A DNA stretch of 64,000 bases from contig NW_003314267.1 in assembly GCF_000143415.4 (NCBI RefSeq), positions 2,955,839 to 3,019,838 on the forward strand. The letters run 5' to 3'. How positions within the stretch are numbered: the stretch's first letter is position 1; the number at the start of each line of letters is the position of its first letter. The notes under the pieces are model-generated. The model was not told the origin of the DNA, did no database searches, and worked only from the letters and a program-made list of their open reading frames with translations. Both the position numbers and the translations under genes were made by a program. The DNA is from Selaginella moellendorffii (Eukaryota; Plantae; Lycopodiophyta). Positions 24,090-38,786 of the stretch are shown piece by piece.

Positions 24090-25535
24090 ATGGTGAAGAT
24101 CTGCTGCATTGGCGCCGGGTATGTGGGCGGGCCGACCATGGCGGTGATTGCCCTCAAGTGCCCCGAGATCGAGGTGGCGGTGGTGGACATCTCGCTGCAG
24201 CGGATTGCGCAGTGGAACAGCGAGAGCCTGCCAATCTTCGAGCCGGGGCTGGACGAGGTGGTGAAGGCGTGCCGCGGGAGGAACCTCTTCTTCAGCTCGG
24301 ACGTGGAGAAGCACGTCGCGGAGGCGGACATCGTGTTCGTGTCCGTGAACACGCCCACCAAGACGCGCGGGCTGGGCGCGGGCAAGGCCGCGGATCTCAC
24401 CTACTGGGAGAGCGCCGCGCGCATGATCGCCGACGTCTCCAGATCTGACAAGATCGTGGTGGAGAAGTCGACGGTGCCCGTCAAGACCGCCGAGGCCATC
24501 GAGAAGATCCTCACCCACAACAACAAGGGCATCAACTTCCAGATCCTGTCCAACCCCGAGTTCCTGGCCGAGGGCACCGCCATCGACGACCTGTTCAAGC
24601 CCGACCGCGTGCTCATCGGCGGCCGCGAGACCCCCGACGGCCAGCGCGCGGTGGCGTCGCTCAAGGCCGTCTACGCGCACTGGGTGCCCGAGGACCGCAT
24701 CCTCACCACCAACCTGTGGTCCGCGGAGCTGTCCAAGCTCGCCGCCAACGCCTTCCTGGCGCAGCGCATCTCCTCCGTCAACGCCATGTCCGCGCTGTGC
24801 GAGGCCACCGGCGCGGACGTGTCCGAGGTGGCGTTCGCCATCGGCAAGGACTCGCGGATCGGCCCGCGCTTCCTCAACTCGAGCGTCGGCTTCGGCGGCT
24901 CGTGCTTCCAGAAGGACATCCTCAACCTCGTCTACATCTGCGAGTGCAACGGGCTGGCGGAGGTGGCCAGCTACTGGAAGCAGGTGGTGCACATCAACGA
25001 CTACCAGAAGAACCGCTTCGTCAAGCGCGTCGTCTCCTCCATGTTCAACACGGTGTCGGGCAAGAAGATCGCGGTGCTGGGCTTCGCGTTCAAGAAGGAC
25101 ACGGGCGACACGCGCGAGACGCCCGCCATCGACGTCTGCAACGGCCTGCTGGGCGACAAGGCGCTGCTGAGCATCTACGACCCGCAGGTGTCGGAGGAGC
25201 AGATCCGCCGCGACCTGGCCATGAACAAGTTCGACTGGGATCACCCGCAGCACCTCCAGCCGCTGAGCCCCACCGCCTCCTCCAACAGCGTGCGCGTCGT
25301 GTGGGACGCGTACGAGGCCACCAAGGACGCGCACGGCATCTGCATCCTCACCGAGTGGGACGAGTTCCGCAAGCTCGACTTCCGCAAGATCTACGCCGCC
25401 ATGCAGAAGCCCGCATTCGTCTTCGACGGCCGCAACATCGTCAACGTCGACGAGCTGCGCGACATCGGCTTCATCGTCTACTCCATTGGCAAGCCGCTCG
25501 ACCCCTGGGTCAAGGATCTGCCAGCCTCCTCCTGA
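24090..25535 (+). CDS. UGD: UDP-glucose 6-dehydrogenase, intronless CDS
   Basis: [46 protein letters not shown]; third codon positions almost all G/C. Confidence 0.98.
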   Translation: MVKICCIGAGYVGGPTMAVIALKCPEIEVAVVDISLQRIAQWNSESLPIFEPGLDEVVKACRGRNLFFSSDVEKHVAEADIVFVSVNTPTKTRGLGAGKAADLTYWESAARMIADVSRSDKIVVEKSTVPVKTAEAIEKILTHNNKGINFQILSNPEFLAEGTAIDDLFKPDRVLIGGRETPDGQRAVASLKAVYAHWVPEDRILTTNLWSAELSKLAANAFLAQRISSVNAMSALCEATGADVSEVAFAIGKDSRIGPRFLNSSVGFGGSCFQKDILNLVYICECNGLAEVASYWKQVVHINDYQKNRFVKRVVSSMFNTVSGKKIAVLGFAFKKDTGDTRETPAIDVCNGLLGDKALLSIYDPQVSEEQIRRDLAMNKFDWDHPQHLQPLSPTASSNSVRVVWDAYEATKDAHGICILTEWDEFRKLDFRKIYAAMQKPAFVFDGRNIVNVDELRDIGFIVYSIGKPLDPWVKDLPASS

Positions 25536-26083
25536 TTGATTTTGTTGTCATCTGAGTAACCAACGCTTGCTCTCGCGGCTGGCTGGCTGGCCTCCTTCCT
25601 TCCTACTTGAAGAAGATTTTTTTGTTTCGCAGGGGCTTTAAAGAGCCACCATTTTTTTTCATGATCCATCTATCTAGGCACTAGGCAGTAAGTTATAATC
25701 AATAATCGAATCGTTCTTTTTGTTGGGCACTTCAACTTTTCTCTTCTTGTTTGTCACTCATTAAGTTTGCTTGTATTTTTTCTGGTCTATCTAGAAGAGA
25801 CACGAACCACACAGCGAAAATAAAGGTAAGTATAAAAAAATGTCAGAATGTCTTTGCTACCACTTTTTTTTTCCAAGATCGAGTTCGATTTGGGCACTTT
25901 TCTTGTCACTAAAACATCAAGGTTGCTCGTATGTACACTCACTAGCTGGTTTTGAGCCTCTCGAAGAGGATCACGAACCACAAAACAAAAAAACAAGGAG
26001 ACCAGAGAGTATACTAAGTAGAAAAGATTGTAAGAATTTCGTCGATATCTATCATGCCCGTCACGACCCGAACCGCGGCACCG

Positions 26084-27184
26084 CTACTGACGCAGACTTT
26101 CCACGATGTAGGACGCGTACAGATCCCTGAAACAAGCAGAGAATCACGGCTTTAGTCTAGTGTTTTCTACGCTAGCGAGTGAGAGTGTATCCCACTCAAG
26201 TCCCCACACTCACATGGAATGCTGGATCGCCTGCACGGCGTTTTCTGCTGGCAGGAAGTCGTTCACAGCCACGGTCTTGTTCTCGTTCTTCTTGTCTGAC
26301 TCCCTCCAGTTAAAGAAAGCAGACAAAGAGAGAAAATTCCAACACGCTCACACAGCCGGCACAAAAGGATACAGTCCTCGAAGAACCTCCGGATCTCTGC
26401 CAGCCTGTGGGGTGGGAGATCCTTGATGTCTTGGTAGTGTGTGAACTCGGGATCGTCAGCGCACACGGCGATGATCTTATCGTCCTTCTCGCCCTGGAGC
26501 AGTCCACCAATTAATCTTCCATATGCATTCAGACAAGAGCAAGATGATTGTTACCTGATCAATCATCGGCATCAGTCCAATCGCTCTCGCTCGCAGAAAG
26601 CATCCAGGCAACACAGGCTCCTGAAACCCCCACCGTAGTAACTTCGTCTTACAAAAAGAACACTACCTGCATCAGGACCAAGACGTCCAATGGATCGTTG
26701 TCTTCGCACAGAGTACGAGGAATGAAGCCATAGTTGTGGGGGTACACGACCGACGAGTACAGCACCCTGTCAACCTGCGCAGTTTTAAAATAAGAAGTAT
26801 CCAAAATGTTTGTTCTCCTCAATCAAACCTTGATGAGACCACTCTTCTTGTCCAGCTCGTATTTCACTTTGCCTCCTTTGCTGATCTCCACAACCTGCAC
26901 ACGAGGCCTCACTCACCATCAAGCTCAAGATCAATCGCGGAAAATGGGCAGCGACTTACACAGTTGAAGACGGCAGGTGCTCCGGGGCCTGAGGAAAAAA
27001 CATTGTGTGTGAGCGGTTCCTTCCTGCATTTGAAAGAAGCAACAAAGACGCAAGCTTTACCGATTTCGAGATCGTGCCAGGGATGCGCCGCGACGGAGCG
27101 GCGGGAGAGCGACGAGAGGATGCGCTTGTTAAGCGGGCTTTTGGCAGAACCCGAGTTCGCGATCGGTCCATTGGGCGTCGACAT
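26084..27184 (-). CDS. PPA: Soluble inorganic pyrophosphatase (family I)
   Basis: [65 protein letters not shown]. Confidence 0.96.
26296..26372 (-). other. U12-type (minor spliceosome) GT-AG intron in PPa
   Basis: Donor GTATCCTTTT, branch-like TTCTTTAAC 13 nt before the 3' end, no polypyrimidine tract. Splicing restores FFEDY|KKN. Confidence 0.9.
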
Positions 27185-27790
27185 CGCTCTGCTCGAACTA
27201 GAGCAAACAAAAAAAAAGTTAGGGAAGAGCGATGAAACCACACGTGCGATCCAAGATTCCAGACGACATCTCAGAGAATCCGCATTGCGCATTCTACCAA
27301 AACCTACGCTCACCAGATTCCAATCGAAATCGAGCCAAGGGGAGATCCTCAAGCGGTAGCGGCAGCGCCGCCTTTTTGGACTAGGTCGCCTGCTGCGAGA
27401 TCACAGATCCACAGCGCTTTCTTCCGCTCAAAATGCGCACACGATCGATCGTCGCGCCCTCGTCTTCCTTTTCCCACTCAAGAACGAGCTGCCATAGCCC
27501 TGTAAAGAAAAAATGTAGGGTATATATACCAGCACCTAGGCGCATATTCGAACATACTGCCACGTCACTGGGAAATTTGCGAGAATTCAGCCATAACTTC
27601 GTGTGTGGTCCGGGTTGAAACGATCAGCCACTGCTTGCTGCCTTAGAATTTGTCCAAGTTTCCAGCCATGGTCTTTCAACTTTTAAGAAGAATCTCAGTA
27701 AAAAATTTACGGCCAAAACTTTGATTTGAGCACATTCATGTAAGTTTCTGGGTTTTTTCTTTTTTTTTCTTCAAACCCGAGAGCGACCGC

Positions 27791-30700
27791 TCAGTAAGAA
27801 ACGTGCAATCTCCGGAGCTCTGCCTGGAACACGGAACTGGCGTTCAATGTTTTCTGCGCGAGATTTCTTATGTCCTCTCGTGAGCACTCTCTGGAGATCC
27901 GAACAAGCTCCCACAGTGCTCCGCCAGTAGCCAAGTCCCTGGCATTCACTTCTGCATTGGGAGGTAGAGCCTCTGGTGAGAGATCCGCCGCTAGAAAAGG
28001 AACAAAGAAACTTACCATGCTGTGCCAGATGACAAAGCGCGAGCTCGATGTGTCTACGAATAGGAGACGACTCGTTATTGGCATTCGCAACTATCCAGGG
28101 AAGCGCTCCATCTTCAATTAGCAGCGACCTCCCCACCCGATGACCTGCATTTATCGGCTGAGCAAAGCTACAAACTGGAAAGTAAAATTCTCACCGCTCT
28201 GAGAAACGGCACGAGATTCGCATTTTGCAAAGTTGGCTATCCCTCTAGCAACCTGGGCCAAAACGTCTGGATGCCTTGTTCTCACCATCCCGAGAAGGGC
28301 CTTAATACCACCTTCATCTCGCAGCTTCACTTGTAACGTTTCTGCAAAGGCGGACAGACATGATGACAGCTGATTTCAAAAGAATTAAGCGCATACCATT
28401 GCCGCATAAATTCGCAATGGCGCCAGCAACCATCCTTAGAGTTTGAGGATCCTCGGCTTCGTTCGCTGTTGTCGCTAGAAGCGTGATACCGCCTTGTCCC
28501 ATTATAAGCTCTTGATTTTTTTCTGCCGTTTAAAGAGCCATGTTATTGATGCAATACGTGCAGGAAATGCTTACCATTCATAGCCAAATTGGCAATAGCA
28601 CCAGCAGCTACGCGCCTGATAGTTTCGTCCTCGGAGTTGCCTAGCAGCACCAACAATGACTTGAGGCCTCCAGCTTCCACGATTTTCTCCTGGTTTGCTT
28701 CTGCAACCAAAGCACTATGTACTGGTTATCATACCATTGCAAATATTTCATAATGCTAGTTACCTTCGGCAGCAAGATTTGCAACGACCTTTACAGCGTG
28801 CACTCTAACGTCGGCATCTTCCGACTCCAACAAGGACAGGATCTTTTGCAGGCCAACTAAATGCTGCATGGTTAAAAATGTTCAAAACAGCATTGAATCG
28901 GCTTACCTTGTTCGAAAAGCTTTGCAATTGTAGCTCGCTGACCATTGATTGTGTCTCTTAGGATGTTTGGCCTATGCAAGTTCAAAGGACTATCAGATCC
29001 GAATGAACTCCTACCAGAGCCTCCTTTCTCAATTCTCTTGATCTGCATTGGCAATAACATAAACAATTTGAGATGATAACCCGACCTCATACCTCAGCAT
29101 CTTCGTTACTTTGGGCTAGTTGATATCTCAAGTTCCTGATTTCCTCCTCCCGCTTCTTTCTCTGCTTGCTTTCTTCATCGAGTTTTTTCTTGAGATTCAA
29201 AATTTCCTCATTCTGCTTTTCCTTCAAAACCATCATATGAATTTGTTTTTTCACCAGCTCTAATCTAAAGGAAATCAAATGAGGACTGTACCTTGATGGC
29301 TTCAGTACTACCGGTCGAGTAGTTTTCCTTGTTCTGAAGCATCCTCAACTCAAGTTCCAAGTTCTCACGGGTAAGGCGTTCCTTATCAAGTCGCTCCTTC
29401 AGCTCAGTAAGCTGATCAGCAACACATTGCTCTGGCACCTGCATCAAGACAAATAAGCTTTCTGACTGACTTCCAAACCAGGAATCTACCTGTTTTGAGC
29501 TACTTCTAACAGCTGAGAGTTCCTCCTCAAGCTGCAGCCTTAGAGTTCGTTCTATTTGGAGCTGTTCTGATAGATTGAGGTTCTGACGTTTATAGTTGTC
29601 TGCCAAATTTGTGATTTCCTCCTCGTGTTTGATCCTTTCGGCGTGTATCTCCCTCTGAGGACGTTATCTCGATAGGAGTAAGAGAGCAGAAATATATTAA
29701 TACCTCTTTTTGACTGTTTAAACCTGCTGCATTCTCCTCCAGCTTTTTTTCCAAAGATTTTATGTCATTAACATGATGCAATGCTTGCCTGCGTAATTCC
29801 TCAGTATCCTTTTGGTATCTTGATCGTTCCAAAGACATTTCCTAGAAAAAAGAAAAAACAAACGTGTTAACATAAACAAAAACGAGAAAGGAGACTTACC
29901 CCCAAGGCTGATGCAAGCTTACCCTCTGCCTCTGCAACGCGAGATCTCGCTTCATTAAGCTTGTCATGAAGCTCCTCTTCAGCATCAACAACAGCTTTCA
30001 CGTGTCTTTCGTTCTCCACAATAAGCTTGTCCAAATCAGCTTCCAGTCGACGACACAAACTTTTATAGTCGAATTCTTCTTTCAGCTTCAGCATGTTTTC
30101 GACTTTCATAGCCTATAAACCGCGTGATCAACTTTGATGAGAAACTTGATGCAAAACACTTACCCGTTGACCGAACAAGATGGTACTGGCAGTTTCTCCG
30201 CGATGGCGGGGTGATGGTCCAATGGTTGTTATTAAAGACGTTCTTGCACTACCTAAGATTTGTTGCTGAAGTTTTACATAGGAAATGAGCTTTGTATGAA
30301 GTGTTACCTCCAAAGGAGTCCCTTAGCAGCCTTGTCAGCTTCGAATCCCTGGTAGGAACATGCGGGCTGTTCTCAGCGAGTGCGTTAATGCACTTACCAA
30401 GAGCTGTGAGAGAGAGATTAATGAACTTCGCCTCTTCTAAGGTGATCCCCTCGCTGCCTGTGGCAACATGTCAATCTCGATGCAGTTGGTTACAGGTCCG
30501 CTTACCAGATTTATCAACACGCTCTGATCCTGCCAAGTCAACTATAAGCAATTTGCTTCTCCGAATAACTGGTGCACGGCTATTCCGCGACCCGTTCTCA
30601 TTCGAACTTTCCTTGGCTTTCACATGCTTTTTGATATACACCTGAACGTGCACCAACATGAAAAGAAAAACGAAAAACGAAATGAGAATGGAAATGAATG

Positions 30701-31721
30701 GAAGCAACGTAACACACTCACGAGGAGAACTGCGTGACTTCTCGAAGATTCTGTGTTAAGCTTGGTGTTTGCGGCAACTCTATTGGCTTCTCCGGTTTGT
30801 AAGAGTCCAATAAAGCTTTTGTAGTTCTTCAGCTGAATCAGTGTTGCTCCGGGTAAAGACACGTCTCCAGTTTTGGGGTCCTCAGCAATAGGGATGTTGT
30901 CCCTCTCAGGTGCAAGCAGATCTTGGATAGACTCCATGTAGAGCTGTTAACATCCCTCGAAAACAATTACTCTGCGTAGAGCTTGAAAACCAAAAACTCA
31001 CCTGGAGATAGGAGACACAAACAGTATCATTTTCTGGATTGGTATCAGCCATGATATCTTCCAGCGCACGGACCATAATCCCCCTATCAGCACAGTCCTC
31101 CTCTCCTAGCTTGCCAAGAGTGTAAGTTTTTCCCGTGCCAGTTTGCCCGTAAGCCATCACTGTCCCATTGTACCCGTCTAATACACTCTGCGAAGAAGTG
31201 AAAATGTTACTTTAGAGCTCGTTTGTAGAAAGCTCGGACAGACCTCAACAACAGGTTTGGCGACAACTTCATACACTCTTTTTTGAGACGCTGTGTCCGG
31301 AAACACCTCATCGAATTGGTATGTCTCCGAATCCCAGTTGTTCTTGCGAAGCTTTAATCTCTTGAGCTGTGCATGACAGAGAATGCACGTTAGCAATGCC
31401 AGAGCCAGCAAAATCTCAATTCTTACCTCTGGCTGGAGCTCGACGCCGTCTGGAAAATCCGCATCCGCGACAAGCTCCTCGGCGTTCCTGGGCCGAAGCC
31501 TCACTGCCACTCTTACTCTTGCTGGATCGGCAAACATGTAACGATATCATACAAGGATCCTGGTCGCAAAACAACAAAAAGGCTCACTCACCTCCCCCAT
31601 CGTTCTTCCCTGCGCTGCTTCTCCGCGGCGCCGAGAGAGACGCCGACCTAGGCCTGGAACTCATGCTCGTCGCGCTCGTCGTCGGCGCAGCAGCTGCAGC
31701 TGATTGGGCGCCACTCTTCAT
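27791..31721 (-). CDS. ARK: Armadillo repeat-containing kinesin (ARK)
   Basis: [38 protein letters not shown], coiled coil, ARM repeats ([26 protein letters not shown]). Confidence 0.96.
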
Positions 31722-32485
31722 CGCTCATGGATCGCCCGAAATACCGCGCTGCGATCGAAATATCGCGATTCAGCGCATCCCCGCGCGAGATTCAACCTGC
31801 ATTCTCTCGGAATCGCCAAGACCTAATCGTCCGTGACCAGGAGAGCGCGACGCGGCTGCCGCCGGCGGCATAGAGACGAAGCACAGGGCACGCAGAGGAA
31901 GAACTGTTTGACGGGGACGGCGTAAAGCCCAACGAGAGGGAAGAGAGAAAGATACCCCAAAATATGCCCTCCCTCCCCTCTTTTCTTTTGGTTTTCTTCG
32001 AGTGTGTCTTCTTTCTTCGGCGTCGTGCGTTCGTGGGTGGTGCGTGCGCTGACGTGGCTGCGGACGTGGACGTTACATGGCACGTCCACCCAGCACGTTG
32101 ACATTTTTGTTAATAGAAACCAACACGAACGCACACCATTTGTTCGTTGATGCCCGCCGCTATTTCTTTTTCCCTTTCTCTCCCCAACGCTCGTTTCCAT
32201 TCAAGCTCCTCCAGCGAGCTCCACGAGCTCCATCCATCCACAGCTTCTTTTAAGCGCGATCTTCCATCTCGATCGATCCATTTAGACATCCATCAATCTA
32301 TTGAAGCATCGATCGAAGAAACTTTATTGTCTGGCTAGTGGCGATGATCACATTTCTATCACACCTCCACGAAGAACCAGTAGAAAAAAAGGACTAATCC
32401 TCCTAAAAGACCCGCGATCACGCAATCCGCCTATACACAAGGAACTCTTCCTGTTCTTCCGCCTCGTACACTGCCGATCAGTGAA

Positions 32486-32779
32486 TCAATTGTGGAGAGG
32501 ATTGGGTCCCGTGGGAACCGTTCTCTTGGAGGTTCCAAACATTGGAGGGCTGCAGAGGTGATCGGCGTCGCACGGGGAAGAAGATGATGCCGCTTGCTCC
32601 TGCAAAGTCGCGGTGACCTCCGTCGCGATGGATGGCTCTCTGGAATCAAGCCTCGGATCGCTGCTGCGGGGAATTCCGCAATCGGGAGCTGGACCATGTC
32701 GCGCCTGGACCAAAACCGGGGCTACAACAAGCATTGCCACCGTTGCCACCATCAAAATCTTCGCCATCGCCATAGTCAT
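32486..32779 (-). CDS. CLE: CLE (CLAVATA3/ESR-related) peptide precursor, R-type
   Basis: Signal peptide MAMAKILMVATVAMLVVAPVLVQA; C-terminal CLE motif RTVPTGPNPLHN immediately before the stop; TATATAA upstream near 33095. Confidence 0.93.
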   Translation of the reverse strand: MTMAMAKILMVATVAMLVVAPVLVQARHGPAPDCGIPRSSDPRLDSREPSIATEVTATLQEQAASSSSPCDADHLCSPPMFGTSKRTVPTGPNPLHN

Positions 32780-33433
32780 CGCTGCGGCTGCTCTGCTGCT
32801 GCTGCTGATCGAGAACTCGACACCGATCGATCGATCACCTGAGAATTCCTGATGCGCGAAGAACAAGGATCCCTTTCTCCAGCTAACGCTGCTTTGACTT
32901 TGCGTCTGGGGGTGTATTTTCTCTTTTTTATGTGAGACAGCTCGAGGACTTTGGCTTGGAACAAACAACACGCAAACAAAACAATGGTAGAGTCAAGGAT
33001 CAAGGATCAAGGAATGGGCCAGGGAAAGAATTTTATCAAGAGAACGCGCAAATCAACCGAATTCTGGGAGATAGGCAATAGGTATTGCGTGCTTATATAA
33101 AGAGGATCATCCCCAGGAGGGACCGTCAGTTCACGAATCCATGTGTGTTAGTTTAAAACCCCACATTAGTTTGTTAACTACGCCACCTCCTCTCGTCGCC
33201 ATCTCGCCGCCCCGGTTCGAATCTTCCCGGGTGTTTGTGGCAGACAGTGCGCAGCCGTAGCGTGAGCGAAAGGAAAGCGAAAACCCTAGAAAAGCCCTAA
33301 TCGCAGGGGATGCTCTGTTCTAGGGCAAGGGCCCCACACGTGTTTAGAACCCTATACTACTCAGCAATGGAGGCGCTAGAGAGGTAAATTTCTTCCCGAT
33401 CGATCGCTCGATCCATCCATTTCTTGATCGGCG

Positions 33434-35032
33434 ATGTCCGCGGCGATTGGAGTGCCGCTGCTCGAGGCCATCTACTGCCTGGGGTGTACGCGCTGGGCGT
33501 ACAAGCGATGCATCTACATCGGGGCAGACGATAGCAGCTCTTGGACGGCGGCGGAGGCGCACGAGCTGGAGCCGATCCCGCGTGTGTGCCAGCTCGTCCT
33601 GGCGGTGTACGAGAGGGATTTGCAGCACCCGAAGTGGGCGCCCCCCGGCGGCTACAAAATCTCGCTCGAGAATGTGGTGAAGAAGACGAGCGATCTGGAG
33701 AGGATTGTGCCACCGTATCTCATCTATGTGGATCACGAGCACAGGGACATCGTTCTGACGATTAGGGGGCTCAACCTCCGGCGGGAGAACGACTACTTGG
33801 TTCTTTGGGACAACAAGCTTGGCAGGCAGGAGTTTCTGGATGGCTATGTCCACCATGGATTGCTCAGAGCTGCGGTGTGGCTGCTCTACCAGGAGAAGGA
33901 AACGCTCAGGAACTGCATCACCAAGCACCCCACGTATACTTTGACGTTTGGAGGACACTCTTTGGGTTCCGGAGTGGCCGCGCTCATGGCTGTTCTAGCG
34001 ATCCAATTCCCGTTTCTTCTCGCGGATATCCCTCGGAAACAGATTCGCTGCTACGCCATAGCTCCTGCCAGGTGCATGTCGCTCAACCTTGCTGTCAAGT
34101 ACGCAGATGTCATCAACTCGATCATCTTGCAGGTGAGAGCTCGCTTTTTTATCGTTCTTTTCTCCACACCAGAGTGGTTCGTTTGTTTATGGCCTTCTGA
34201 CTTCCACAGGACGACTTCCTTCCTCGGACGGCCACCCCTCTGGAAGATATCTTTAAGTCGATGTTTTGGTAAGCAAAGGATTGCTTTCGAGTGTTTGCGT
34301 GACCGATGGATTGGCTAGTCTTCCTTGTTTGCTAGGCTACAGATGCCTCAAGGACACCTGCATTTCGGAGGAGAAGCTGCTGCATGACCCCAGGCGGCTG
34401 TATGCACCCGGAAGAATGTATCACATCGTCGAGCGGAAGTTTTGTAGGTAACCATCCTTTCTCATGCCTTATTGAGTTTCTCTCGTCCTTTGCGGAAGCA
34501 GCTGCTGGAAGCATCCTCCGGTAGTCAAGTCCGGCATTCCCGTGGAAGGACGGTTCGAGCACATTGTTCTCTCGTGCAACGCAATCTCGGATCACTCCAT
34601 TCTGGCGATCATGGAGGAGTCAGAGAAAGCTTTGCAGGTACTTAAGATCAAACTTGTATAACTTTGCGTAAAGATGGCTTTGCTGTGTAGATGCTGAGGG
34701 ACAAAGACACCGAAACGAACACGCCACCAATCCAAAAGATGACAAGGCAGCAAACGCGAGCTAAAGAACAAGACCAAGAACACAAGGCAGCTCTCAGGAG
34801 AGCCGCGACGCTCGAGGTCCCATCAGCCGGCTACGAATCAGCAGACGAAACTCAAGCAAATGGAAACGGCGATTGTGGTGTTTGTCCCGACGATGAAGCA
34901 GCGGGCGAGGTTTGTCCACAACCAGAAGCCCCCTGCGAAGCTGGTCAGCTCAAGTTGAAGATCGAGTGGGACGAACTGCTAGACAAGTTGTTCCGGAAAG
35001 ACGACGCTGGGAAGTTTGTGTGGAATAAATAA
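33434..35032 (+). CDS. Class 3 lipase / alpha-beta hydrolase (lipase3 N-terminal domain family)
   Basis: CLGCTRWAYKRC, DIVLTIRGLNL, GYVHHGLL, GHSLG, APARCMSLNLA, LYAPGRMYHIVERK. Confidence 0.9.
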
Positions 35033-35140
35033 GAGGCCTCAGCAATGCATTTGTAAATGGGAAAGGTGGGGAATAAAAGCTCGTGAGGATCTTTCTGTAT
35101 ACGTGTCGTGAAAGAGCCCTACGTAGTGAAAAAGTAGGCT

Positions 35141-37041
<1,901 letters not shown>

Positions 37042-37229
37042 AACCAATCTTGTCGATGAAAAGAAAACAAACACACAGGTCTGATCAAATTCACATTTTT
37101 ACGAGTTACAGAGCGAGGGCCGACACAGGATTTGCATGCAGGGCTCAATCAAACGCGTGGCGGAATCCGGATGCTATTTCAGCTGGTCCGGACGAGAGCG
37201 CAGACAAAGAGAAACGCAGAAGCAGGATC

Positions 37230-38129
37230 ATGGGCGCCTCGCAGTCTCAGCAGCTAGAGCAGCAGCCGAGCGGCGGCGTGGTCTTTCCCGGCGAAGAAGA
37301 AGAGAGGGGCTTCTATGGACAGCCAGCTTCGACCATGGAACCGGCACCGCCACCTCCAGCCAGCAGCTACACCCTCTTCATGAACGCCTTGACAGCCTTC
37401 GTGCCGGAGGAGCACGTAGGCCGGCTGGTGATGTACATGGCAATCTTCGGTGTCCTCTTCGCGGTGATCGGCTTGATCGGCCTCGTCTTCCCGTTCGTTT
37501 TCGCTATAGCGGTGGAGCAAGTGATGGGAGCTGTGATGGTGCTGGGTGGGATCTTCTCCGCGGTGCAATTCGGGGTCATGTACGACATACCCGGGAACAG
37601 CTCGTTTCTTCTCATGGGATTCCTGCATTTGGGATTCGGGCTGTGGATGCTGCTCCAACCGGTTGAAGCCGGAGTCATGCTCATGTTCGTGCTCTCTGGA
37701 TGGCTCCTGGGACATGTAAGTTATCTTCTTTGTATTGATCAACTTTGCTTGTGTGTTTTCTTGTTTTCAGGGGCTGCTCAAGACCTTCATGGCTTGTCAA
37801 GTTCGTAACTTGTCGTCGTGGCCGTTTGTGTTCGTGAGTGGAATTCTTTCGATACTGCTGGCGCTGCTTATCCTCGTCCTGGCTCCCAAGTACGGTGTGG
37901 TTCTTTTGGGAATTACTTTTGGCGCAGACATGTTTGTCTCGGGGCTGTCGATGATTTTAATTGCCGCAACCACTTACTTCTGTAAGTAGTCTGACCATGA
38001 TCCATTTGTTTTTTTAGTGTCCGATTCTAACTTTCTAACCTTTTTTTTTTGGTTCTTCCAGCCCGGAGAAGTCGTCCTCGGATCGACACTGAGCCTCTGC
38101 TTCCACCTGCGACAGCTCCTCCTGCGTAG
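37230..38129 (+). CDS. HdeD/DUF308-like multi-pass membrane protein, 3 exons
   Basis: Six hydrophobic helices in the HdeD pattern (G.L..IG.I.LVFP...G....LGG..., LL.P..G, W.....SGILS.LL, LLG...G.D...SG). N-terminus MGASQS; C-terminus DTEPLL. Confidence 0.75.
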
Positions 38130-38192
38130 CTACGTGTTTCTATTCCTTTTTTTTTTGTGATGTGATCCTTTGAATACAATTCCGTTATCATT

Positions 38193-38468
38193 TCAGGAAG
38201 AAAGAATACATGGGACGGTGCCGACTCTAGAATCGGTGCTCGAGTTCTCTCGCCATTTGAAAACCTCGATCGAGCGCAGGGCTTGCTCTTGGAGATAAGG
38301 ATGCTCGGAACTGGAGCTGCCAATGAACTGATCGCCAGCATCCTCGACAAGCATGTGTTGCTCCTTTTGGCGAACGGAATTTCCTGAGATCAAGCTCTCT
38401 CTGAAAAGAACAATAACGAGGACGAACACCATGAACTGGATTGTTCCTCCTCCTCCGGAAGATGCCAT
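38193..38468 (-). CDS. Putative small secreted protein (91 aa), unknown family
   Basis: Good ATG context and hydrophobic segment FMVFVLVIVLF followed by a polar region; no recognised motif. Confidence 0.4.
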   Translation of the reverse strand: MASSGGGGTIQFMVFVLVIVLFRESLISGNSVRQKEQHMLVEDAGDQFIGSSSSEHPYLQEQALRSIEVFKWRENSSTDSRVGTVPCILSS

Positions 38469-38786
38469 GCGATGCGAAGAAAAGGAGTGAGGCTCTGCCC
38501 TTTTCAATTCGGGTTCGAAAAGGAATATAACCCTCGCAGATGCTCGCACATTCCGAACGGCAGATTCCGAGATACCATCACAGTAACCACACTCTTCTCT
38601 GTACGTACGTGACTACGATTGATATTTGTTGCATGTCGACAAGAAAATCCGCTCAAAACTTTCGGCCCGCAAGTTGATGATGATTTTATATGCAGCTTCC
38701 AGCCCACAAGTTGATGATTTAATATGTGCAAGAAATTTCTCGCCGCAAGCAAGGAACCTACAAAGGTGGCGTAACGATTTTCATTT

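Noticed and set aside
24072-25555. Long antisense (420 aa) and alternate-frame ORFs over UGD
   Set aside because: Expected shadow of near-total G/C at third codon positions; no protein-like features.
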